64,000 nt of DNA, taken from Cyanobacteria bacterium P01_F01_bin.150. GTDB lineage: Bacteria > Cyanobacteriota > Cyanobacteriia > CAKZMO01. Positions within the stretch are counted from its first letter, which is position 1. Every line of letters begins with the position of its first letter. A program made the position numbers and the translations under genes. The stretch lies in contig JBCCYL010000009.1 of NCBI GenBank assembly GCA_039189765.1, positions 54,984 to 118,983 of the forward strand. The letters are read 5' to 3'. The notes under the pieces are model-generated. The model made no database searches, had not been told where the DNA came from, and saw only the letters and a list, made by a program, of their open reading frames with translations. This document shows, piece by piece, positions 28,235 through 38,200 of the stretch.

Positions 28235-29339
28235 TACTTAAAAAATTGAGTTCTAGGATTTTAATTAACTCATCAATGCTTGGTTTTGCTTCTGTATTAA
28301 AAATATTCTGCGAAACATATCTCGCTAAAATACCCGCAAATAGTGGTGGAACCGCATTGCCAACCTGACGAATTACATGTCTCCCAGTCCCATGAAAATC
28401 CCACCAATCAGGGAATGTTTGAATACGAGCGCTTTCTCGTGGAGTCACTTCTCGTGGGTCATAGGGATGGACATGTCCTTTCCCTCCACCTGCATCAGAA
28501 CCAACAATAATTGTAAAGCTTGGTCTATCTGGATTTAATTTATTTATTCTCGTTTTTGGATCTCTTTCTCCATAGGATAAGGAATGATAACGCTCAACAA
28601 TTCTTTCACTGTGCTTGCGTCCCACATGTCCATTGAGCGGCGGTTTTTTTTTCCAATCAGTGATGGGTTTAGGTAAACCGGATAGTGCAGACTGAACAGT
28701 ATTAAATGGCCGACAATCATTCAATAATGATTTTTGCTCTCCAAAAATTTCTTTTTTTACTTCTGAATGAGTTGAAAACATTTTTGGAACTTTCTTGCCA
28801 GAGCGAGTTCCAATAAAGAATAGTCTTCGTCTAAATTGAGGCACACCAAACTCAGCTAGCTCATATTCATGGTCTGAGATGGTATATTCTCCGCTCAAAG
28901 ATAAAGTCTTAAGAAGTTCCTGATATAGGTTGCCATTGTGGATAGTTTTCAACCCAGTCACATTCTCAAAGATAAATGCTTCAGGCTTTATCTCGTTAAT
29001 TATTCGGGCGTATTCGAATACCAAACCACCACGAGGATCTTCTAATCCCTTTCTTCGACCAAAAATAGAGAATGCCTGACACGGAGGACCACCAATAATG
29101 AAATCGATGTTGCAGTGACCGATCTCATTCTTGACACTTTGTTGTGATAGCTGCCGCACGTCCTGACATAAAACCGGATGCTTGTTGAGATAAGGCTTCT
29201 TCTCTTGGTTTTGCTCTAGTGTTTTACATGAGAACGAGTCTATATCAGATGATAAAACTAAATGAAAACCAGCAGCAGAAAAACCTAAGTCAAGGCCACC
29301 GCCACCAGAAAACAACCCTAGTGTGTTGATTTGTGTCAT
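28212..29339 (-). CDS. C5 DNA cytosine methyltransferase
   Basis: LFSGGGG, GGPPCQAFS, FENV, PQFRRR, RESARIQTFPD, QVGNAVPP. Confidence 0.95.
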   Translation of the reverse strand: MTQINTLGLFSGGGGLDLGFSAAGFHLVLSSDIDSFSCKTLEQNQEKKPYLNKHPVLCQDVRQLSQQSVKNEIGHCNIDFIIGGPPCQAFSIFGRRKGLEDPRGGLVFEYARIINEIKPEAFIFENVTGLKTIHNGNLYQELLKTLSLSGEYTISDHEYELAEFGVPQFRRRLFFIGTRSGKKVPKMFSTHSEVKKEIFGEQKSLLNDCRPFNTVQSALSGLPKPITDWKKKPPLNGHVGRKHSERIVERYHSLSYGERDPKTRINKLNPDRPSFTIIVGSDAGGGKGHVHPYDPREVTPRESARIQTFPDWWDFHGTGRHVIRQVGNAVPPLFAGILARYVSQNIFNTEAKPSIDELIKILELNFLSNGNKRSI

Positions 29340-29796
29340 CTATCAACGTCCAAACAATCATTAAGCTGGGTGAATGAGAATTAACAGTTGATGATGTAAC
29401 TCCCACTTTAAGAACTATAGTACCAGCTCTAGCTACTGCTGATATTGCTACATATCTAGCGTTCTCCTCAAACGCATCGGAGAGGCTATCGGTTAACGCC
29501 TTTTGAATATGGTACAGCACTCGCTCATAATAGAGGGGCATCACCTTAACAAACTAGAATACTATGTTTTTCCAAAACTCTAAGATATTCGCAGCACGGA
29601 AGCTACCCGTATACGCCCGGTGACTCCACAGCAGCTCTTACGCTTCGTGGACGTCTTCGGGAATGCCTTCTACCACGGTGCTGATGTTGGAATGGGTAGA
29701 TGTGATCGCCATTCCAAACAAATTAACTTCGAATGACGATAAACGGTTAGTAACCAGTCCCAGTGGCCCTGCATCCAAGAGAATTACTCGACTCAC
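29340..29796 (-). pseudogene. Decayed PIN-domain (VapC-like) toxin
   Basis: GTG coupled to upstream TGA; MSRVILLDAGPLGLVTN, IPEDVHEA*ELL; in-frame stops at 29640-29638 and 29556-29554. Confidence 0.7.
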
Positions 29797-30503
29797 CAGC
29801 TAACCCCTTTCATTGACGAGGGAAAGAGTTTTCGCTCCGAAGAACGGTTTTTATCGAGTGCATGGACAAGAAATTCCCCTGTTTCGCATTGTTCAGGATC
29901 ATCCTCATCCAACCAGCTTTGCAACAACTGCACGCCTTCAATTGCTGAAGCCGATACTTGAGGGGTTGAAGCTACCTGCTGTTGAGCCTCAGAAGATAAG
30001 GATTGAGTCCCAGACTCTGTTGCAGCAAGCCGCATTTCTCTCAATGCATTCAATAAATAGTCAAGGTACTGTTCAAATGAATCCGCACTCTCTCCTTCGA
30101 TGCCGTGATGAAGCTTGATATATTCCAATGCAACGACTGCACAATCTACGTCTAACTCTAATGCTTGATACGTTTCCTTCAGTCTTGATAGAGCATAGTC
30201 ATCAAGGGGGGCAGAGCTATCCGTAACTAAACAGTAGCTTATTAGCCTTAGGAAGAAAGTAATGTCTCGATAACAACATGCGCTGTGACGTGTATCCAAG
30301 GCATAGCTGGGAAAATGCATGTAAACAGCTTGAGACGCTTTCTGAGCTAAAGAGTCTGAACATCTTGCTAATTGCTGTGCCGCATCTAGTCTTACAGATG
30401 CCTTGTGGAAACCATGCCAAACACTTTGCATCTCAGAGTTATTTAAAAAACGAGCTTGATCATGAGCATCAGCACAGATAGCGTTTATGGTACTAATATT
30501 CAT
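29793..30503 (-). CDS. Phycocyanin-alpha-like globin domain fused to a PIN-associated antitoxin
   Basis: DQARFL..E, AVYMHFP, CCYRDITFFLRLISYCLV, ALEYIKLHHG, YLDYLLNAL; C-term LLQSWLDEDDPEQCETGEFL...RKLFP..KGVSW. Confidence 0.75.
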   Translation of the reverse strand: MNISTINAICADAHDQARFLNNSEMQSVWHGFHKASVRLDAAQQLARCSDSLAQKASQAVYMHFPSYALDTRHSACCYRDITFFLRLISYCLVTDSSAPLDDYALSRLKETYQALELDVDCAVVALEYIKLHHGIEGESADSFEQYLDYLLNALREMRLAATESGTQSLSSEAQQQVASTPQVSASAIEGVQLLQSWLDEDDPEQCETGEFLVHALDKNRSSERKLFPSSMKGVSW

Positions 30504-31182
30504 ATTTTCCTATTTCCTTCAACACTAACCAGCAATATCAGAATCAATGCATGTTGTTTGTAAATGAATTTATGAGGTCGTCTTCCTTGTTTTAACATCT
30601 TCCTTTTCCTTGGAGCTATTCAAAACCCCACCGACCTAGTAAGGCTTGTCCTGGCTGACTCCGGCCTTGGCTACCGTTACCGCGCCGTAGACCGATAGCT
30701 GATGCTGACGGAGCAGTTGGGCAATAGGCCATGCATAGGCAGGCAAGAATGCGATCGCCATTCCTAATTACTCAGAAATCCACAAAATTCTGACCTTTTC
30801 CTGACTCCTCAGCCTTCAGTGGCCTATTTCTGCCAAATAACGTTAAATACCAGGCAAGTCTGGAGCTTGACTCTGAACAAGAATCAGCCTATGTTCGTTT
30901 TTATGGCGATCGCAACGCTGCATCGGTAATTTACATCCAAGTGACTTACCGTATCAGCCCCTTGCCGTCGCTCTGGCTCAGAACTCAGGAGACTTAGCGC
31001 CATCGGCGGGTGCAGCGAACACCACACCGATGACTACACCCCAAAAACTGTTCGAGGCAGTTCGGAGGTATGGGTTGATTATCGCCCAGCTACCCCGATT
31101 TGTACCACAGGTTGCGGAGTGGCTGAGTGATTTTGGGTTCTGGTCTCTATCCATTGATGTTTATATCTGGAGACCAGAAAAC

Positions 31183-31548
31183 ATGTCTCAACCCTTTGAA
31201 CCGGGCGTATTTACGCCCACAGTTTGTGATGAAAATTATCCTGGAAACTACCCTGGAAACTACCCTGCATATTACGCAGGCAATTACCTGACAAACTACA
31301 CCACAAGCTATATTGCGAATTATGCAGCAAACACCGTGGCAGTAAGTGCAACGATGTCGTCATCGTCGCCGCCCCACTACGAACCCGTGCGCCATATGCT
31401 CTTTGGCAGCATCGCCGCAGTCCAGAACACGATCAAACTGCTGTACGTCCTTAACTACGCCGAACCCAATGATTGGAGTCATCCTGTTCCGTCAGGCCAA
31501 CCCGGTGAAGTCGTCGTCGTCTTAACTAAAAAAGTTCGTATCGGCTAA
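31183..31548 (+). CDS. Conserved cyanobacterial hypothetical protein with N-terminal NYxx repeats
   Basis: EPVRHMLFGS..AVQNTIKLL..LNYAEPNDWS.P.P...GEV; ATG 31183 follows GGAG. Confidence 0.65.
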   Translation: MSQPFEPGVFTPTVCDENYPGNYPGNYPAYYAGNYLTNYTTSYIANYAANTVAVSATMSSSSPPHYEPVRHMLFGSIAAVQNTIKLLYVLNYAEPNDWSHPVPSGQPGEVVVVLTKKVRIG

Positions 31549-31593
31549 CTAGTAATAGGCGGCAGAAGTTCTGCCCCATTAATTCTGGTAATT

Positions 31594-31643
31594 CTGGTTC
31601 CCAGACTCCGGCTGGGAACCACACTTGGAGACTCTGGCTCCAG
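31594..31643. repeat. Cyanobacterial REP-like double hairpin
   Basis: ggttcccagactccggctgggaacc + tggagactctggctcca. Confidence 0.6.
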
Positions 31644-31694
31644 GTGTGTTTAAATTCAGCTAGTTATGCTACCCTAGTGGGGTTGTCAAAAAAT

Positions 31695-31780
31695 CGCACA
31701 CCCAGACTTTCGGGTGTTTTCGTGAATTGTTGTTTAACCACTTCATCACGAAAATGCACCTGGGTGGAGGCATAACCCGA
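31695..31780 (+). promoter_or_regulatory. rpsB leader (t44 RNA, S2 autoregulatory element)
   Basis: CACAC...GGGTG...stem ttttcgtg/cacgaaaa...GTGGAGGCATAACCC directly upstream of rpsB. Confidence 0.8.
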
Positions 31781-31795
31781 ATAAGGAGAAAATAC

Positions 31796-32602
31796 ATGCC
31801 AGTTGTTTCGTTGGCTCAATTACTTGAGTCAGGTGTTCACTTTGGGCACCAGACCCGCCGCTGGAATCCTAAGATGGATCAGTATATCTATACAGCGCGT
31901 AACGGGGTTCATATTATTGACCTGGTTCAGACCGCCCAGCTAATGGAAGAAGCCTATGCTTTTATGCGGAATGCGTCTGAGAAGGGTCAGAAAGTATTAT
32001 TTGTTGGCACTAAGCGCCAGGCAGCTGGAATTGTTGCTCAGGAAGCCGTACGCTGTGGTTCCTACTATGTGAATCAGCGTTGGTTGGGTGGCATGTTGAC
32101 CAACTGGGCAACGATCAAGACCCGCTGTGAGCGCCTCAAGGAGTTGGAACGTCGTGAGGAGACAGGTGCGTTAGATCTCCTGCCCAAAAAAGAAGCCTCC
32201 ATGTTGCGTCGTGAGATGGAAAAGCTTCGTAAGTATTTGGGTGGCATTAAAACCATGCGTCAGGTTCCTGACATTGTCGTCATCGTGGACCAGAAGCGTG
32301 AGTATAACGCAGTGCAAGAATGTCAGAAGCTGGGTCTACCCATCATCTCTTTGCTAGATACCAACTGTGATCCTGACGTTGTTGATATTCCTATTCCTGC
32401 CAACGATGATGCGATTCGTTCCATCAAGTTAATCGTTGGTAAGTTGGCAGACGCCATCTATGAAGGACGCCACGGCCAACTCGATACTGATGCAGAAGAT
32501 ATAGATGATATCTATGCAGATTACGATGGTGCCGAAGAAGACTATGATGATTACGAAGAGCCAGTAGAAGAAGCTTCTGCTGAGGAATCTAGCGAAGAAT
32601 AA
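31796..32602 (+). CDS. rpsB: 30S ribosomal protein S2
   Basis: [38 protein letters not shown]. Confidence 0.99.
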   Translation: MPVVSLAQLLESGVHFGHQTRRWNPKMDQYIYTARNGVHIIDLVQTAQLMEEAYAFMRNASEKGQKVLFVGTKRQAAGIVAQEAVRCGSYYVNQRWLGGMLTNWATIKTRCERLKELERREETGALDLLPKKEASMLRREMEKLRKYLGGIKTMRQVPDIVVIVDQKREYNAVQECQKLGLPIISLLDTNCDPDVVDIPIPANDDAIRSIKLIVGKLADAIYEGRHGQLDTDAEDIDDIYADYDGAEEDYDDYEEPVEEASAEESSEE

Positions 32603-32764
32603 TCTTCTTCAAATGGCTAAGATATTTGGCGTTGATTTTTAACGTCAATTTAAGTGAACAGATGGGGCTAACTTGTCCCATCTTTCAAGCAATGATCTCC
32701 CGCTTCAGTGCGGACCTCAAATAATCACTATCGTTAAACTGAATTGGAGTAGGATTTAGGCACA

Positions 32765-33442
32765 ATGGCTGCGATATCGGCGAAGATCGTCAAAGAGTTA
32801 CGGGACAAAACGGGCGCAGGCATGATGGACTGCAAGAAAGCCCTCACAGAAAACGACGGTAATATTGACAAGGCGATCGAATGGCTCCGTCAGAAGGGGA
32901 TTTCCTCTGCTGAGAAGAAAGCTGGTAAGGTTGCCGCAGAAGGATTGATTGGTCAATATATCCACACAGGTGGTCGCGTTGGGGTATTAGTTGAAGTCAA
33001 CTGTCAAACTGACTTTGTGGCTCGGAATGAATCCTTTCAGGAGTTGGTTCGCAATGTGGCGATGCAGATTGCCGCATGTCCGAATGTCGAGTTTGTTTCC
33101 ACTGATGAAATTCCTGAATCGGTGGTTCAACGAGAGCGAGAGATCGAAATGGGCCGTGAGGACCTAGCAAGCAAGCCCGAAAACATTCGCGAAAAGATTG
33201 TTGATGGTCGTATTGGCAAGCGTTTGGGTGAGTTGGCCCTAATGAGTCAGCCTTACATTCGTGACCAGAGTATTACTGTAGAGGATTTGGTGAAGCAAAC
33301 GTCCGGTGACTTGGGTGAAAAAATTCAAGTACGCCGCTTTTCTCGTTTTGTCCTAGGTGAAGGCATCGAGAAGAAAGAAGATGACTTTGCTGCTGAAGTG
33401 GCAGCTCAGGCCGCAGCAGCTAAAGCCAAAGCAAAGGGCTAG
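32765..33442 (+). CDS. tsf: Elongation factor Ts
   Basis: [31 protein letters not shown]. Confidence 0.99.
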   Translation: MAAISAKIVKELRDKTGAGMMDCKKALTENDGNIDKAIEWLRQKGISSAEKKAGKVAAEGLIGQYIHTGGRVGVLVEVNCQTDFVARNESFQELVRNVAMQIAACPNVEFVSTDEIPESVVQREREIEMGREDLASKPENIREKIVDGRIGKRLGELALMSQPYIRDQSITVEDLVKQTSGDLGEKIQVRRFSRFVLGEGIEKKEDDFAAEVAAQAAAAKAKAKG

Positions 33443-33565
33443 GCATTCACAGGACAATAAGAATCTAGCTAATGTCTAAAGCCAATTTACTCAATGAGTG
33501 AACCATCAATCATTAATTTAGCTTGATGAGGCTAGGCGAGTTTTGGGAAATCCGAATAGTATAGG

Positions 33566-33610
33566 GGGATGGGCCAGCTAAGATTATCTGCTATGCCTGT
33601 CCCATTTTTT
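33566..33610 (+). terminator. Possible intrinsic terminator/hairpin downstream of tsf
   Basis: gatggg...cccat followed by a T-run. Confidence 0.4.
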
Positions 33611-33642
33611 ATTTACTGGATTACGTAGGAAATACAACGTTT

Positions 33643-35067
33643 ATGGCTGATGCGGTTCGACAAATAAGGCATGACCTGGAACAGATAGAAAAAGCTGTTG
33701 ACGCCTTGGGAGAAGAATTCAATCAGGTTTACGACAATTACCTGACGACGTTGCAAACCTCAGTCCAAAAGCAGGTGATACTGGCATGTTATCACCTATG
33801 TACTCAAAGTTATCCTGAACGGTTTCTGGTGCTATCGTATCGTCAACGGGAAACGTTGCAGCAAGCAATCCAGCGATATATTCAAGAGCTTCAGCGAAAG
33901 ATAGAGCATGCCTATGTGTTAGCGACAATCTCTCTGGTAAAAGAAGAAGAGGAAGAAATTGTGACCCGCTCAGGTCGGCGGCGATCGCTCCCGTCCTCCG
34001 AACGGTCTTCAAGGCGTCGTGGTCGAGGTGATTCGAGAAACCGCAGAGATGTTGATGATGACTCCCCCGATCGCGATGGCCCCTCCATTGAGCTGATTGC
34101 GATTACCAACATGGATGGGGATGATGCATTGGATGCTGCTAAGGATCCATTTTTAGCCGCAGCCCTATCTGAATTTGCCGATAGTCTGGCGTTAGATGAA
34201 GAAGCCATTCTTGATCGAGTCAAACAGGAACTGCTGCGAAAAGCAACTCGTTCATCATCGAGTCAATCTATTGAAGGTGAGTCAAAAGATAGGACAGATG
34301 CAGATGCGGATACAGATGCGGATGTAGATGATAAAAGTGATATGGGAGCCGCAGAGAAATCCTTGAGCCAGCCAACTACTGGGCCTGAAAGTACTGCAAA
34401 TCCTCTTTCAGAGTCCTCCTCTATCGCTTCGGGGCCTTCTGTGAACTCTTCTTCAGAAAACCCTCAGGAGTCTGAGAGTAGTGTGGGCAGCGAAGAGAAG
34501 GGACAGCGTTCAGAGGTATCGGCGATCGCCCTATCAAGCCTTGAGGCAAAATCAACCCCTGTGGATAAACCAGCCTTTCCTGATAACCCTGATGGTAAAC
34601 GCTTTGCTGATTGTGATGAAACATTGATTCCCGATATCTTAGCGGCCCGACAGGAGCAGTTGGAGCTGAATCTAGCGGGGTTTCTGCGGGAATTGTCAAA
34701 GCAAATCAACAATGAACTACATAATGTGGGGATGATTCCTAAGAAAATCCCCGGTGCGGTGCTAAGGGCGGCGCTCCAAACGGATATGTCTTCTGAATTT
34801 AATGGGTCTCCCAACATTTTGAATTTGTTAGTTGAAGCAGAAGGCAAATCTAAAGGGGCTAACGTGATGAAGGTTACTGCCCTGCGGTTGCGGCCTCAGG
34901 AATTAGAGTTCAGCGATCCTCAGCTTTCAGCCTGCCGATCGCGTATTCGTGAGTTAACCGGCAAGTTGCAGAAGCTTGGCAAGCAGTATCATAAAAAACT
35001 TCGGGATAAAGCGATCGCCGAAGCTGAATCTGCATGGCGATCCAGTTGGTACGAGAACAAGGATTAA
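33643..35067 (+). CDS. Conserved cyanobacterial hypothetical protein (tsf-linked) with long low-complexity insert
   Basis: LACYHLCTQSYPERFL N-term; LRLRPQELEFSDP, AIAEAESAWRSSW C-term. Confidence 0.8.
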   Translation: MADAVRQIRHDLEQIEKAVDALGEEFNQVYDNYLTTLQTSVQKQVILACYHLCTQSYPERFLVLSYRQRETLQQAIQRYIQELQRKIEHAYVLATISLVKEEEEEIVTRSGRRRSLPSSERSSRRRGRGDSRNRRDVDDDSPDRDGPSIELIAITNMDGDDALDAAKDPFLAAALSEFADSLALDEEAILDRVKQELLRKATRSSSSQSIEGESKDRTDADADTDADVDDKSDMGAAEKSLSQPTTGPESTANPLSESSSIASGPSVNSSSENPQESESSVGSEEKGQRSEVSAIALSSLEAKSTPVDKPAFPDNPDGKRFADCDETLIPDILAARQEQLELNLAGFLRELSKQINNELHNVGMIPKKIPGAVLRAALQTDMSSEFNGSPNILNLLVEAEGKSKGANVMKVTALRLRPQELEFSDPQLSACRSRIRELTGKLQKLGKQYHKKLRDKAIAEAESAWRSSWYENKD

Positions 35068-35236
35068 ATACGCTAGGGCCTACTTTGGCGATTTTTCGAA
35101 ATAAATATACCAACGACGATGGGTTACGCTGTCGCTTTTCTTGAATGCCCCTTGGGCCATACCCATCCTACAAGCGGTACATTCTTTTTCAGAAATAGCC
35201 TTCTGCCAAGTCATGTAAACTAGCTGTATGGCACCC

Positions 35237-38200
35237 CTACCAGGGGTTACCGACTGCAGTAAACGCTGACCAAAAATAGGGATGGGATAAGTCGGTGGTG
35301 GCTGTAGCTAGACTTTCTGGAGGCAGGGGAATACCGTCCTCTAAACCATCGATAAACAAAACTCCGTTTTCTATATACACGTTACCCTTTACCAGCGCTA
35401 GCTGTGCCTGACGCAGTGCTTCTGCCTTAATAGGAGCGGTATTTAGCATATTGTAAAACTGAGTCATCAGAGACGTCGTGGCAACATCATCTACGGCCCA
35501 GAGGCTGGCGATCGCCGTTTTTACCCCTGTTTGAACTGCCAGTCCAGCAAAGCCCAGCTCGGCCTCACGACTTCCCACTGCCGTTTGACAAGCACTCAAC
35601 ACCAGCATTTCTACCGCCGGATTATTCCAGCCTAACTGTCTGACTTTGTCCATTGTAAGCTGATCATCCCATAGCTGAATATAAGAATCACTGTATTTCC
35701 CGGGCTGGAAGCGGGCATGGGTAGCCATATGAATAATTCCAAATGGAGTCCGTTCTCGCACATCTTTTAAGGTGTCAAAGGTAGCGCGTTCATTCAAGAA
35801 GAGTTCTCCTTTCCACACATCAAAAATGAGTGTGGACAACTCAGTGGGCACGGCTGGCAGAGGCGTCTGGCCGTTGGTCTCTTCTGACACCCCCATCGCT
35901 AACATACTAGAATCTCGCACATCCACATATTCGGTGTTTGTCAAACTTAGGCTGGGCATCAGCCCCATGCTGTAGTTTTCCACCAAATAGTTATTACCAT
36001 CGTGGATAGCCGCAAAGGGGATGGTGCGTAGTCCTTCGTCCGCAAGAAAGGATAAATTGGTCACACCATGCAAATCTAGCTGATCTTGGATAGGTTCCAC
36101 CAGCCATCGATAAAGCTGGTTTGCCTCGTTTAAATGACGGGTAGCATTACGGGTTGGGGAGGTAATATCCCCCCGAAACTCTCGAGCAATACGAGTGACT
36201 TGACTTCGTGTAACGCCCGGTACACGCCGACGAATCATGCCACCGCGAGCTGTAATCACCACCAGCTCCAGCTCATCTTCATTTTGACCTTTATAGTTCT
36301 CTAAATCCTCAACAGTCAGGATTGTGTCAAAATTAGGCGGCACAAAACTGATGTATATAAATCCTGGACGTTCACCAGTGGCCTTTTCAATCTCGTGAGC
36401 CAACTGTCGGGCACCTTCAGGCCCTGCAAGTTCAAGTTCTTGGGAAACTGTTTCTATTTCCGGTAAATCTAAATAAGCTGCAAAATCATTGGAGAAAAAT
36501 GTTTCTAATGTTTTCAGATGGGTCGATTGCTCCAGCGAGTTGATCGGATTGACCGTATAAAACTCTACTGGAGGCAATGGCGGAATTTCAATGGGTGCTT
36601 CTACTTCATTGGAGACTACAGTGTCGATGGCTGGACGTAAATCCTCTGGAAGCTGTGGATTCAGGACTACAGTGTCGGGGCGTTCTCTGGGATTTGGCGC
36701 GCGGATCTTTTCAGCATCCACTATTGGTTCTGGCTCGCCATCAGGGATTGGTTCTGGCTCAATATTGGGTGTTGGAGTAAGCGTTAAGTCAGGACCGGGT
36801 CGAGGCGTCACCGTGGGTGTGGGTGTGGGCGTCACCGTGGGTATGGGCGTCACTGTAGGGATGGGCGTCACTGTAGGCGTGGGCGTCACTGTAGGCGTGG
36901 GCGTTACCGATGGCGGAGGGGTAGGCATTGCAGTAATATCGACAGTGACTGTAATGGGACTAGACGTTGATACGCGATCGCTTGCCACCACCTGAAGAAC
37001 ATCTGCTTCACCTGTTACACCTGGGGCGGGAGTATACAGAATTTGGTCATCCAGCGAAATCTCCGCATCCACTTCCAGGGGTTCCCCATTAATGGTCAAT
37101 ATGGCCCCATCACTGATACTGTCTACCTTCAAACGGACTGCATCATTATCGGCGTCTGTAACGGTGACAGGATCGAGCGATTCACCTAGGGAAATTAAAA
37201 CGGGAGTCCCTTCAGATGTGGCAAACTCCGCAGTTCCCGTTAACTCAGGCGCACTGTTTACAGACGTAATCATCACCCGATCAGAGCCATTGGCCGATAC
37301 CCCGAGGTCATCGGTCACCACTGGAAATCGCTGATCCTGAACAATCAGTTCTTCAATTAGAAATGTCGGTTCTCCGTCAATAAAGTCTCCATCGGCAAGT
37401 CTCTCTTCTGTGCCTGTGCGAATTGCACCTGATGTCCCATTCAACACCACATCTGCTGTACCAGTGCCATCAGCGTTAATATTTTGGCCGTTGCCCACAA
37501 TAAAGTCGTCATTGTCTGAGCCACCAGAATGGGTGATTTGGACCGATCCGCTGAAATTCTCCGAACTGCCAATAACAACATTGAAGTTGCCGTCATTGCC
37601 GTCAATATCTCCATCCTCTGGCCCGCTTCCGACAACGCTTCGTCCGTCTGTAATAATTGAGTTGCCTTGTTTATCAGTGCCAATAATCTGAATCAGGTCA
37701 CCCGTGAGTACGACATCTCCCCCTGACCCCGAAGAACTGCTTGTGTTAATTGGAGCAAACGCTTCTGCATCATCAGCATTGGGGACCCCAATTCGCACTG
37801 TCCCCTCTCCAGTGACACTGATATCGCCCCCATCATTCTCCCCTACGCCAGCGGTCAGGAATGAACGCCCCATCACATCGCCACTGGCAACAATGGTAAT
37901 ATTTCCGGCATTTCCGTTTCCAAAACTTGTGTCTATCGTGCCTAAGAGAATATTTGCCCCTTGGATGATGACATCATTACCGTTAGTGATGAGCTTGTCG
38001 TTAGGAATAGTACTTTCGTCAGCGGGGTTCTGATCTGTGGATGCCATCGAAAAGTCGCCCTGGCCATTACCGTCGGCATCGGCAATAAAGCTAGCATCAG
38101 TGGACAAGTTGAATTGCCCCCTGCTTACAGCAGCTATCCTAATATCATTGGTGGCTTCAAGAATGATTTGACCGTTAGCATTGATATTGGCGTCCAAAAG

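Noticed and set aside
29290..29544. Independent 84-aa gene
   Set aside because: In frame with the PIN start at 29796; better explained as the 3' part of the pseudogene.
29793..30503. Genuine cpcA
   Set aside because: Too divergent, has a C-terminal fusion, and has no cpcB, linker or lyase neighbours.
22140..31000. Prophage, ICE or true integron
   Set aside because: No integrase, transposase, tRNA attachment site, attC-like site or flanking direct repeat was seen.
31234..31332. DGR variable/template repeat (AAC/TAC-rich)
   Set aside because: No second copy differing at adenines and no reverse transcriptase in the window; it is a simple 12-nt tandem repeat.
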